The notes beneath the pieces are model-generated. The model worked only from the letters and a program-made list of their open reading frames with translations, had not been told where the DNA came from and did not search any database. This document shows, in pieces, positions 16,256 to 24,784 of a DNA stretch of 32,000 nt. The position numbers and the translations under genes were made by a program. The DNA lies in contig NZ_JBHSTI010000002.1 in NCBI RefSeq assembly GCF_042660085.1, positions 210,001 through 242,000 of the forward strand. Direction: 5' to 3'. Origin of the DNA: Longivirga aurantiaca. Lineage in GTDB: Bacteria > Actinomycetota > Actinomycetes > S36-B12 > CAIYMF01. Position 1 is the stretch's first letter; each line of letters starts with the position of its first letter.

Positions 16256-18355
16256 GTGAACGTTCCGACCGGACACCTCGCATCTCGAGGCCGTGCGCTC
16301 CTGCTCCTCCTGGCGGTCCTCGTCGTGGTGGGCGCGGTCTTCGCGATCCCCACGCCGGACAAGGTCGAGCGCCTCGTGCCGTCTGGCCTTCCGGCGTCGT
16401 ACCAGTCGACCGAGGCCCAGCTGCGCCAGGACCAGCTCCCCGACGAGGGCGTCGCCCCGGCGTTCGTGGTGGTGAGCCGCGAGGACGGCGGCACCCTCAC
16501 GGAGGCCGACAAGGCTGCGGTCGCGGCCATCTCCGAGGCGGTCGCCCCCCTGGGGGTGCAGGGGCCGCCGACGACGACGGAGATCTCCGCCGACGGGACG
16601 GTTGCCAAGACTCCCGTGTACGTCGACACGTCCGGAGAGATCCTCGACGTGGCCGACGATGTGGCAGCTATCCGCGAGGAGGCCCGAGCCGACGTCCCTG
16701 CCGGTCTCGTGGTGCAGGTGACCGGCCCTCCTGCGTTCCAGGCCGACATCGCAGCGGTGTTCGAGGGCGCGAACGTGACGCTCCTCGCCGCGACAGCGCT
16801 CGTGGTGGCCGTGCTCCTGCTCATCACCTACCGCAGCCCGTGGCTCTGGATCGTCCCCCTCGTGACCGTCGGCATCGCCGAGCAGTTCACGCTCAAGGTC
16901 GTCGGCCTGTTCGCGCCCCAGTTCGGCATCGTGGTCGACGAGTCCGCGGTCGGGATCACGAGCGTGCTCGTCTTCGGCGCCGCGACCGACTACGCGCTGC
17001 TGCTGATCGCCCGCTACCGCGACCGCCTGCGCACCGATGAGAGCCGCTTCGACGCCATGCGCTATGCCGTGCGGCGCACGGCCGAGCCGATCCTGGCCTC
17101 GGGAGCGACCGTCACCCTCGCCCTGCTCACCCTGCTGCTGGCCGAGCAGGAGACGCTGCGCGGCCTCGGCTTCGCCGCCGCCATCGGTGTCGTGGTTGCA
17201 GTGCTCACCGGGCTCATCGTGCTTCCCGCGGCGATGGTCGTCTTCGGCCGCGGCCTGTTCTGGCCGTTCGTCCCGCGCGTGGGCGACGTCGCCCGCGAGG
17301 GCAAGGTGTGGGGCCGCATCGGCGAGGCCGTGAAGCGTCGTCCCAACATCGTGGGCGTCGGTGCCACGGTGTTCCTCGTCGTCCTCTCGCTCGGGTCGAT
17401 CGGCATCAGCGTGGGCCTCACCCAGAACGAGCAGTTCCGCGTGAAGCCCGAGGCCGTCGCCGGCCAGGACACGATCGCGCGGGCGTTCCCTGCAGGCAGC
17501 TCCCAGCCCGTGGCGGTCATGACGAACCCGGGTTCGGTCGCTGCGGTCACCGCGGCGGTCGAAGGGCTCGACGGCGTCTCGTCCGTGACCCCCGGCCCCG
17601 CCGAGGGCGACATCGCTCAGGTGAACGTCGTGCTCGACTCCGACCCCGGCAGCGACGAGTCGTTCGACTCGGTGCGCGAGATCCGGGCCGCGGTCGCCGA
17701 GGTGGACGGTGCCGACGCGGTCGTGGGTGGCGAGACTGCGACGTTGTTGGATGCCAACGAGGCAGCACTGCGCGACGCGAAGCTGATCATCCCGATCGTG
17801 CTCGTGCTGGTGCTGCTCGTCCTGGTGCTGCTGCTGCGGGCGCTGCTTGCGCCGGTGCTGCTGGTCGCGACCGTGCTGCTCACGTTCTTCGCCGCGCTCG
17901 GCACGTCGTGGCTGATCTTCCAGAACGTGCTCGGCTACCCGGCGCTCGACAACGGCGTGCTGCTGCTGTCGTTCATCTTCCTGGTGGCGCTCGGCGTCGA
18001 CTACAACATCTTCCTCGCGACCCGTGCGCGCGAGGAGGCGATGGTGAGCGACACCCGCAGCGGGATGCTCACGGCGCTCAAGGCGACAGGCGGCGTCATC
18101 ACCTCGGCGGGAATCCTGCTCGCGGCGGTGTTCGCGGTGCTCGGCGTGCTGCCGCTCATCGCGCTCGCTCAGATCGGCATCATCGTCGGCATCGGAGTGC
18201 TGCTCGACACCCTGCTCGTGCGGACGGTGCTCGTGCCGGCGCTGGCGTTCGTGTTCGGCGAGCGCTTCTGGTGGCCGGGCAGGGTCGACGGGCGCGAGCT
18301 GCAGGGCTCCGACCCGGACCCGGACGTGACCGAGCCCGTACCGGTCTCGTCCTGA
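16256..18355 (+). CDS. MMPL family (RND superfamily) transporter
   Basis: The 699-aa protein has two 6-TM bundles, each followed or preceded by periplasmic domains. YALLLIARYRD and GVDYNIFLATRAREE are typical MMPL motifs. GTG start follows GGGAGA. Confidence 0.9.
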   Translation: MNVPTGHLASRGRALLLLLAVLVVVGAVFAIPTPDKVERLVPSGLPASYQSTEAQLRQDQLPDEGVAPAFVVVSREDGGTLTEADKAAVAAISEAVAPLGVQGPPTTTEISADGTVAKTPVYVDTSGEILDVADDVAAIREEARADVPAGLVVQVTGPPAFQADIAAVFEGANVTLLAATALVVAVLLLITYRSPWLWIVPLVTVGIAEQFTLKVVGLFAPQFGIVVDESAVGITSVLVFGAATDYALLLIARYRDRLRTDESRFDAMRYAVRRTAEPILASGATVTLALLTLLLAEQETLRGLGFAAAIGVVVAVLTGLIVLPAAMVVFGRGLFWPFVPRVGDVAREGKVWGRIGEAVKRRPNIVGVGATVFLVVLSLGSIGISVGLTQNEQFRVKPEAVAGQDTIARAFPAGSSQPVAVMTNPGSVAAVTAAVEGLDGVSSVTPGPAEGDIAQVNVVLDSDPGSDESFDSVREIRAAVAEVDGADAVVGGETATLLDANEAALRDAKLIIPIVLVLVLLVLVLLLRALLAPVLLVATVLLTFFAALGTSWLIFQNVLGYPALDNGVLLLSFIFLVALGVDYNIFLATRAREEAMVSDTRSGMLTALKATGGVITSAGILLAAVFAVLGVLPLIALAQIGIIVGIGVLLDTLLVRTVLVPALAFVFGERFWWPGRVDGRELQGSDPDPDVTEPVPVSS

Positions 18356-18360
18356 CAGTC

Positions 18361-18404
18361 GAAGGCCCGCCACCGTCCCTGGGGGGACACGGTGGCGGGC
18401 CTTC
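18361..18404. terminator. Bidirectional stem-loop terminator between convergent genes
   Basis: GAAGGCCCGCCACCGT (18361-18376) pairs perfectly with ACGGTGGCGGGCCTTC (18389-18404): a 16-bp GC-rich stem with a 12-nt loop. It sits between the MMPL stop (18355) and the CoA ligase stop (18410). Confidence 0.7.
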
Positions 18405-18409
18405 CTGCG

Positions 18410-19960
18410 TCAGGAGCCGGACTGGTCCTTGAGCAGCCTCCGCAGGATCTTGCCGGAGGCCGACTTCGGGATCTCGGTGGCGACGACGACCTGGCGGATC
18501 TGCTTGTAGTGCGCGACGCGCTCGGCGACGAACGCCATGACCTCGTCCGTGTCGAGCTCAACGCCGGGGCGAGGCACGACGTGCGCGACCGGGATCTCGC
18601 CGTGCTCCTCGTCGGGGAGTCCCACGACGGCGGCGTCGGCGATCCCGGGGTGGGTGAGCAGCAGTGCCTCGAGCTCGGCCGGCGGCACCTGGAAGCCGCT
18701 GTACTTGATGAGCTCCTTGAGGCGGTCGACGATCCAGAGGTGGCCGTCGGCGTCGATGTGCCCGATGTCGCCGGTGTGCAGCCAGCCGTCCGGGTCGATG
18801 GTCGACGCGGTCGCGGACGGGTTGCCGAGGTAGCCGTGCATGACCTGCGGGCCCTGGATGCAGAGCTCGCCGTCCTCGTCGACGCCGAGCTCCTTGCCCG
18901 TGGCCGGGTCGACGACCTTCGAGACCGTGTTGGGCGCCGTGACGCCGCACGAGCCCGGCTTGAACATGCCGGGCGGGGTCAGGTGGGACACCGGCGACAG
19001 CTCGGTCATGCCGTAGCCCTGCACGACGTCGCAGCCCAGCCGGGCACCGGCCTCCAGCGACAGCTCGGCCGACAGCGGCGCGGCGCCCGAGAAGACCTGG
19101 CGTAGCGCGGACAGGTCGTAGTTGTCGACCATCGGGTGCTTGGCCAGGGCCACGACGATGGGCGGCGCGACGAAGGAGCGCGTGATCCCGTGCTGCTGGT
19201 GCAGCGAGAGGAACTGCTCGAGGTCGAACCTGGGCATCGTGATGATCGTGATGCCGGCACGCAGGCCGGTGTTCATGAGCACCTGCATGCCGTAGATGTG
19301 GAAGAACGGCAGCACGGCGATGAACGTCTCGTCCTCGCGGATGTCGGCGGCGTCCAGCACCTGTGCGACGTTGGCGACGAGGTTGCCGTGGCTGAGCATG
19401 ACGCCCTTGTTCACGCCCGTCGTGCCCGACGAGTACGGCAGCACGACGAGGGTGTCGGACGTGACGGGCACCTGCTCGGCGAGCGGCGCGCCGAACAGCG
19501 CCGTCACCGGCGTCGCGCCCTCGGCCTCGCCGAGGACGAAGATCTCCTTCACCGAGGTGCCCTCGGCGCCCTTCGTGGCGACCTCGAGGAACATCGGGAT
19601 GGTGACGAGGATCGTCGCCTTCGAGTCGAGCAGCTGCTTGTTGACCTCGTAGTGCGTGTAGGTCGGGTTGATCGTCGTGACGACGCCGCCCGCCATGGCG
19701 ACGCCGTGGAAGATCACGGCGTACTCGGGGATGTTGGGCGACATCAGCGCGAGGCACTCGCCCGGCGCGAAGCCGCGCGCCACGAGGCCGCCGGCCAGCA
19801 TGCGGATGGCGCCGTCGAGCGCCGCGTACGTGATCGTCCGGCCCGTGGGGCCGTCGATGAGCGCGGGCTTGTCGCCGAGCTCGGCGGCCCGGGCGAGGAC
19901 GTATCCGGTGAGCGGCACGTCGGGGATCTCGACATCGGGCAGGGGAGAGCTGAACACCAT
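18410..19960 (-). CDS. AMP-binding acyl/aryl-CoA ligase (4-coumarate-CoA ligase-like / long-chain fatty-acid-CoA ligase family)
   Basis: LPYSSGTTGVNKGVMLSHGNL is the AMP-binding P-loop. GYGMTELSP, TGDIG.IDADGHLWIVDRLKELIK and IPKSASGKILRR complete the ANL superfamily motif set. Confidence 0.9.
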   Translation of the reverse strand: MVFSSPLPDVEIPDVPLTGYVLARAAELGDKPALIDGPTGRTITYAALDGAIRMLAGGLVARGFAPGECLALMSPNIPEYAVIFHGVAMAGGVVTTINPTYTHYEVNKQLLDSKATILVTIPMFLEVATKGAEGTSVKEIFVLGEAEGATPVTALFGAPLAEQVPVTSDTLVVLPYSSGTTGVNKGVMLSHGNLVANVAQVLDAADIREDETFIAVLPFFHIYGMQVLMNTGLRAGITIITMPRFDLEQFLSLHQQHGITRSFVAPPIVVALAKHPMVDNYDLSALRQVFSGAAPLSAELSLEAGARLGCDVVQGYGMTELSPVSHLTPPGMFKPGSCGVTAPNTVSKVVDPATGKELGVDEDGELCIQGPQVMHGYLGNPSATASTIDPDGWLHTGDIGHIDADGHLWIVDRLKELIKYSGFQVPPAELEALLLTHPGIADAAVVGLPDEEHGEIPVAHVVPRPGVELDTDEVMAFVAERVAHYKQIRQVVVATEIPKSASGKILRRLLKDQSGS

Positions 19961-20074
19961 GGTGGTCTCCGGTCCGGTCGCGCTTCTGGGGTGAGCCGAA
20001 GCATGCCGCGACCGGCCGCGTCCCGCAGGGGAAAGCCGGAGTCGTGACCCGTCGTCTGCCGGATCTGACGGCGG

Positions 20075-20740
20075 TCAGACGGGCTCGAGCACCGCGCAGG
20101 TGCACGTGCGCAGCGGGGGGCACGCGCCGCACTCCGGCCCGCTCCGCCAGGCGAGGCGGGCGAGCACCAGTGCAGAGCCGACGGCGGCGATGGCGGCGTA
20201 GACGAGGTAGGCCGGGACGTCCGCCAGCACGCCGTACACGGCGCAGACGGCCGACTCGACGAGCAGCAGGATCCAGGCGCCGCGCGACACCCCCGACACG
20301 TCGGCGCTGCTCCAGGCCTTCCAGGCGGCCGGCGCGACGTACCAGAGGATCGAGCAGCCCAGGACGAGCGTGATCGGTGCGTCGCTGACGGGCACGAGGG
20401 CGGCGGCGGCCGCGATGGTCGCGGTCCAGGCCCAGGTCATCCAGAGGCCATCGCGCGAGGCGTGGCTGCGTAGCAGGACGACGAGCGCGGCGGTCAGGCC
20501 GGGGATCGCGGCACCCGAGGTCAGCACCACCCACAGGTCCTGCAGCCAGACGCCGTACGCGACCCACGCGAACGCCGACACGAGGGCGCAGCTGATGCCC
20601 GGCACCGAGACGCCCGCGACCGATCCGGTCCGGCGCACCTTCAGCCACTGCGGCACGCCGTACCCGAGGGCGAGCACGGTGGTGAGCACGCCGAAGACGA
20701 CGACGAGGGTGTCGTGCTGCACGCCGTCCTCCTCGGTCAT
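20075..20740 (-). CDS. 7-TM membrane protein with two PQ-loop (SemiSWEET-like) repeats and a Cys-rich C-terminal tail
   Basis: Repeat 1 is LALGYGVPQWLKVRRTGSVAGVSVPG...WVAYGVW. Repeat 2 is ILWYVAPAAWKAWSSADVSGVSRGAW...CAVYGVL. A linker helix sits between them, giving a 3+1+3 layout. The tail is GPECGACPPLRTCTCAVLEPV. No clear SD, so the start is uncertain. Confidence 0.6.
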   Translation of the reverse strand: MTEEDGVQHDTLVVVFGVLTTVLALGYGVPQWLKVRRTGSVAGVSVPGISCALVSAFAWVAYGVWLQDLWVVLTSGAAIPGLTAALVVLLRSHASRDGLWMTWAWTATIAAAAALVPVSDAPITLVLGCSILWYVAPAAWKAWSSADVSGVSRGAWILLLVESAVCAVYGVLADVPAYLVYAAIAAVGSALVLARLAWRSGPECGACPPLRTCTCAVLEPV

Positions 20741-20770
20741 CGGCCGGAGGGCCGCGCGGTCTCGTCGTTG

Positions 20771-20786
20771 CTGACTCGCGAGTCAG
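20771..20786. promoter_or_regulatory. Perfect 16-bp palindrome CTGACTCGCGAGTCAG in divergent promoter region
   Basis: Direct read. It lies 31 bp upstream of the PQ-loop gene start (20740) and ~180 bp upstream of rocD (20968). Confidence 0.35.
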
Positions 20787-20967
20787 GAACGCCCAGGATA
20801 GCCGGGGCGGGACGGTCCGCGCGAACGTGCGAGAGGCCCACGTGAGCCAGGCGACGGCGTGGCACGGCCTGATCGGTCGCGTGGGGGAGGCCGTTCGTGG
20901 CAACGTGGCCCCGACGCCCCGCCGACCCGGTGCGGCGTCGCTGGAGCCCGCGCCCGACGGAGGACCC

Positions 20968-22203
20968 GTGAGCATCACCGACGACGCCATCGCCTTCGAG
21001 CACGAGCACTGCGCCCACAACTACCACCCGCTGCCCGTGGTGATCAGCGAGGCGGAGGGCGCCTGGGTCACCGACATCGAGGGCCGCCGCTACCTCGACA
21101 TGCTCTCCGCCTACAGCGCCATCAACTTCGGCCACGGGCACCCGGACCTGGTCGCGGCCGCCGAGAAGCAGCTGCACCGCGTCACGCTCACGAGCCGCGC
21201 CTTCCACAACGACCAGCTCGGGAAGTTCTGCGCCGACCTCGCGCGGCTCTCCCGGCACGACGCCGTGCTGCCGATGAACAGCGGCGCCGAGGGTGTGGAG
21301 ACCGCGCTGAAGGTGGCCCGCAAGTGGGGCTACCAGAAGAAGGGTGTGCAGCACGACCGCGCGCAGATCATCGTGTGCGAGGGCAACTTCCACGGCCGCA
21401 CAACGACCATCGTGTCCTTCTCCGACGACCCCGTCGCGCGCGACGACTACGGCCCCTACACGCCGGGCTTCGTCGCGGTGCCGTACGGCGACGTCGATGC
21501 GCTCGCCGCCGCGATCACCGACGACACGGTCGCGTTCCTCGTCGAGCCGATCCAGGGGGAGGCCGGCGTCGTCCTGCCTCCCACGGGCTACCTCGAGGCG
21601 GTGCGCGAGCTCTGCACCGAGCGCAACGTCCTCATGATCGCCGACGAGATCCAGGCCGGCATGGGCCGCGCGGGCGCGACCTTCGCCTGCGACCTCGTCG
21701 GCGTCCAGCCCGACATCCGCATCCTCGGCAAGGCGCTCGGCGGCGGCATCCTTCCTGTCTCGGCCGTGACGGCCGACTGGGACGTGCTCGGCGTCATCAA
21801 GCCGGGCGAGCACGGCAGCACCTTCGGCGGCAACCCGATGGCGGCAGCGGTCGGGATCGCGGTGGTGGCGCTGCTCGAGACGGGCGAGATGCAGGAGCGC
21901 AGCAAGCGTCTCGGTGAGCACGTGCTCGCGACGCTGCGCGGAGCGAACCTGCCGGGGGTCAAGGAGGTCCGCGGCAGCGGCCTGTGGTGGGCGGTCGAGC
22001 TCGACGGCACTGGGCGCACCGGGCGCGAGGTGAGCCTCGAGCTCCTCGCCCGCGGCATCCTCGCCAAGGACACGCACACCTGGACGATCCGCTTCGCGCC
22101 GCCGTTGGTGGTGTCCGAGGCGGACCTCGACGCCGCGCTCGCGACGATCATCGCAGTGCTCGAGGAGTCGGTCGTACCCCGATCGGCCGACAGCGCTCCC
22201 TGA
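20968..22203 (+). CDS. rocD: Ornithine--oxo-acid aminotransferase
   Basis: GTG 20968 follows GGAGG. HNYHPLPVVISEAEGAWVTD, SAYSAINFGHGHP, DEIQAGMGRAG, ILGKALGGG and TFGGNP place it in class-III aminotransferases, with the OAT-type N-terminus. Confidence 0.88.
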   Translation: MSITDDAIAFEHEHCAHNYHPLPVVISEAEGAWVTDIEGRRYLDMLSAYSAINFGHGHPDLVAAAEKQLHRVTLTSRAFHNDQLGKFCADLARLSRHDAVLPMNSGAEGVETALKVARKWGYQKKGVQHDRAQIIVCEGNFHGRTTTIVSFSDDPVARDDYGPYTPGFVAVPYGDVDALAAAITDDTVAFLVEPIQGEAGVVLPPTGYLEAVRELCTERNVLMIADEIQAGMGRAGATFACDLVGVQPDIRILGKALGGGILPVSAVTADWDVLGVIKPGEHGSTFGGNPMAAAVGIAVVALLETGEMQERSKRLGEHVLATLRGANLPGVKEVRGSGLWWAVELDGTGRTGREVSLELLARGILAKDTHTWTIRFAPPLVVSEADLDAALATIIAVLEESVVPRSADSAP

Positions 22204-22460
22204 CCTGCTGAAACCGGGATGCGCCGTCCGTGGCGCCGACGTACCGTCCTTCTACACGTGAAGGGAGGTGGTCCGTTTCATGCATGCACATCGGACTCGT
22301 GAGGTGGCTGCCCGCTAGCCAGGACAGCCTGCTGACCGCGAGGTCGCGCCGTCCCCGGTAGCGATTCCACGGCAGTCACCGAGGCCCCCGGGTGCCGGCC
22401 CGTCCAGCCGGCCGTCACGCATCTGCGCGACGCCCGCCCGGGTGCCTACCCACGCCGTGA

Positions 22461-22510
22461 CCCTGATCAGTCCGTCGCTTCCCGGCCCCGGAACCGACGG
22501 ACTGATCAGG
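22461..22510. terminator. Perfect 16-bp stem-loop overlapping the stop codon of the SIS gene
   Basis: CCTGATCAGTCCGTCG (22461-22476) pairs with CGACGGACTGATCAGG (22495-22510) around an 18-nt loop. No U-tract on either strand. It could terminate the minus-strand operon and/or a plus-strand transcript. Confidence 0.5.
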
Positions 22511-23477
22511 CTGAGCTGGTGGGGGACCAGAGCGCGGCGGCCAAGAGCTCGGCCACAAGCACCTCGGTCAGCAGCCGTACGTCGTGATCGTCGTCGTGCG
22601 CGTACCGCAGCGAGTACGCCGCCCCGTCGACGTCGGCGCCCACGGCCACGACGGTCGAGCCCCGCTCGGCGCACCAGCGGAGGAGCTCGTCCTCCCACCG
22701 CGAGCCGGGCATGAGCAGCAGTCGGTAGTCGGTGGTCTTGGTGAGGTACACGTCGACGTGGCTCCAGTCGCCCGTCTCGTGCGCGTGCGCCACGCGGCGC
22801 GGGCCCTCGCGCAGCATCAGTGCGGACTGCTGCGCCGACGATAGCCGGCTCACCGGCGCCACCACGTGGGTGCCGTCGGGCCCGACGAGGAGGTCGTGCA
22901 TCCGGGGCAGCCAGTCGCCGGCGCGGGACGCGAGATCGGCTCCCGCATCGGCTGACCGACGTACGAGTGCAGACAGGTCACGGTCGAGCCCGAGCAGGTG
23001 CCGCTCGAGCGCGAGCAGCGCGATGAGGGTGTGCTGGAAGGTCCGACACGCCACCCCTCCGCGCTCCGCGCCGGCGCGCATGTCGACGACGGTCGAGACC
23101 GACTGCGCCAGAGCGGATTCCGGCTTGTTGGTCAGCAGCACCAAGGGAGCGCGATCGCGGTAGTGCTCGACGGCGGCCACGGTCTCTCGCGAGCCTCCTC
23201 CCGCCGACACCGCGACCACGACGTCGCCCTCGCGCACGTCGGTCAGCAGGTCGCTGCTCGCGAGCTCGCTCGCGGCGTCGAACCCCCGGGCGCGCAGCCT
23301 CGCCGCCGCCACTCCTGATGCGAAAGCCGACGAGCCCATGCCGACCAGCACGATGCGGCGTGCGTCGTCCGGCAGGACTGTCCACGGGTCCTCGGCGGCG
23401 AGCACGTCGGCAAGGGCAGCGAGCCGGGCCGGCTTCTCGGCGAGGTCGGCGGCGAACAGGTCGGGCTCCACGGTCAC
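22506..23477 (-). CDS. SIS domain protein (GlmS-isomerase/AgaS/FrlB-type sugar-phosphate isomerase or deaminase)
   Basis: GTG 23477 overlaps the upstream stop (GTGA). RIVLVGMGSSAFAS and VVAVSAGGGSRETV are SIS motifs. The ~320-aa two-lobe size matches tandem SIS proteins lacking a glutaminase domain. Confidence 0.8.
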   Translation of the reverse strand: MTVEPDLFAADLAEKPARLAALADVLAAEDPWTVLPDDARRIVLVGMGSSAFASGVAAARLRARGFDAASELASSDLLTDVREGDVVVAVSAGGGSRETVAAVEHYRDRAPLVLLTNKPESALAQSVSTVVDMRAGAERGGVACRTFQHTLIALLALERHLLGLDRDLSALVRRSADAGADLASRAGDWLPRMHDLLVGPDGTHVVAPVSRLSSAQQSALMLREGPRRVAHAHETGDWSHVDVYLTKTTDYRLLLMPGSRWEDELLRWCAERGSTVVAVGADVDGAAYSLRYAHDDDHDVRLLTEVLVAELLAAALWSPTSSA

Positions 23478-24784
23478 TCCTCGGACGGGATCAGGTCGGC
23501 GAGCGCGAGGTCCGGCACGTAGACCCAATGCGGGAGGTGGCGGACGGCGTAGAGGTACTCGCGCACCTCCTGGTGCAGGCGCAGCGGGAGGAGCAGTCGC
23601 TCGTCGAGGAGGTCCGCGGACATCATGCCCGCGAGGGTCTCGCGGTAGTCGTGCAGGAAGGCTGCCTGGGCCTGCTCGATCCAGATGCGGACGGCGGCGG
23701 CGTCGACGCCCTCGGTCCTGAACAGCACCACCCGCCCCACGTGGTCGAGGGACGCGAGCATCCCGGCGACGTCGACGGCGGCGGGCCTGCGCACGAGCCG
23801 CTCGGACGGCGTGAGCACAGGGTTGCCGTCGAGGTCGGTCACGGAGTACTGCGCGGGGTCGCCGTACCGGAGCACCTGGCCCACGTGGTGGTCGCCGTGG
23901 ACGTCGATGAGCACCGCACCTGCGGCTGAGGCGAGCACGTCGAGCTCAGCCTCGATGCGCGGCGCGCGCGCCCGCAGCCGGTCGCCCTCGTGCCCGCCCA
24001 CCACCTCGAGCGCCTCGGCGAGGTCGGCACGGGCAGCCTGCGACCAGGCCTCGGCCTGCTCGGCGGTCGCCTCGCCGCGCCCGGTCGCGGCGAAGGCGAC
24101 GTGCATGCGGGCGGTGAGCGACCCGAGCCGGCGGGACGGCGCGAGCGCGGCGTCGAGGGCGAGGTCGCCGCGCGCGTACGCCCGGACGTCCTCGACCATC
24201 CAGTCCCAGCCGTCGACCGCGCCGGGCAGGAACTCGACGACCGCGGCGAGCAGCACGGCCCGGCCGTCGACCACCCGCTCCAGCGTGCCCCACGGCCGCG
24301 GGGTCTCGCCGAAACCTGCAGAAGCCAGGGCCGCAAGCCGTTGCGGCGCAGGCGATCCGGGTTCGCCGTCGGAGGGAAGGCGCAGGGACCACTTGACCAC
24401 GGCTCGCTCGCCGACCACGACCGACTCGTTGGTCTGGTCGACCGTCACGCCCCGTTCTCCGGTCACCGTCTCGTGGTGCCAGGCGCTGACGCGGTACGGC
24501 CCGCTGCTCGCGTGCGTGTCCTGCACGAGCAGTGCCACGAGACGCTCTGCCGTGCCGTCACCCGGGAGCGACCGGCGCACGGTGTCGCCCTCGCGGACGA
24601 GCGGGACCGTCCAGCGGTCGCCGTCGCCGGTCTGCACGACGCCGACGCTGTGCCCGCCGCCGAGGTCGATCAGGTCGACGAGCGAGAGCGGTCCGGTGAC
24701 CTCGGTCGTTGCGCCGCGCGGACGCACGGGGAGGACCAGCGACGGGTCTGCCGCCGCGACCAGGTCCGTCCAGGGCGACGTCAC
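23474..24784 (-). CDS. Maltokinase-like sugar kinase (Pep2/Mak fold; possibly glucosamine-kinase-type)
   Basis: An N-terminal cap-like region is followed by VDQTNESVVVGERAVVKWSL (nucleotide-binding loop like DQSNTSV of maltokinases). VHGDHHVGQVL is the catalytic loop (cf. HGDxHLGQ). DLDGNP and YAVRHLPHWVYVP complete the pattern. GTG start overlaps the GT1 stop (GTGA). Confidence 0.7.
   Translation of the reverse strand: MTSPWTDLVAAADPSLVLPVRPRGATTEVTGPLSLVDLIDLGGGHSVGVVQTGDGDRWTVPLVREGDTVRRSLPGDGTAERLVALLVQDTHASSGPYRVSAWHHETVTGERGVTVDQTNESVVVGERAVVKWSLRLPSDGEPGSPAPQRLAALASAGFGETPRPWGTLERVVDGRAVLLAAVVEFLPGAVDGWDWMVEDVRAYARGDLALDAALAPSRRLGSLTARMHVAFAATGRGEATAEQAEAWSQAARADLAEALEVVGGHEGDRLRARAPRIEAELDVLASAAGAVLIDVHGDHHVGQVLRYGDPAQYSVTDLDGNPVLTPSERLVRRPAAVDVAGMLASLDHVGRVVLFRTEGVDAAAVRIWIEQAQAAFLHDYRETLAGMMSADLLDERLLLPLRLHQEVREYLYAVRHLPHWVYVPDLALADLIPSEE

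Noticed and set aside
22315-22714. Track ORFs 22315-22698 (-, 127 aa) and 22442-22714 (+, 90 aa) as genes filling the rocD/SIS gap
   Set aside because: Both are poly-Arg/Gly/Pro low-complexity translations. They extend into the real SIS coding region out of frame or in antisense, and have no start context or motifs.
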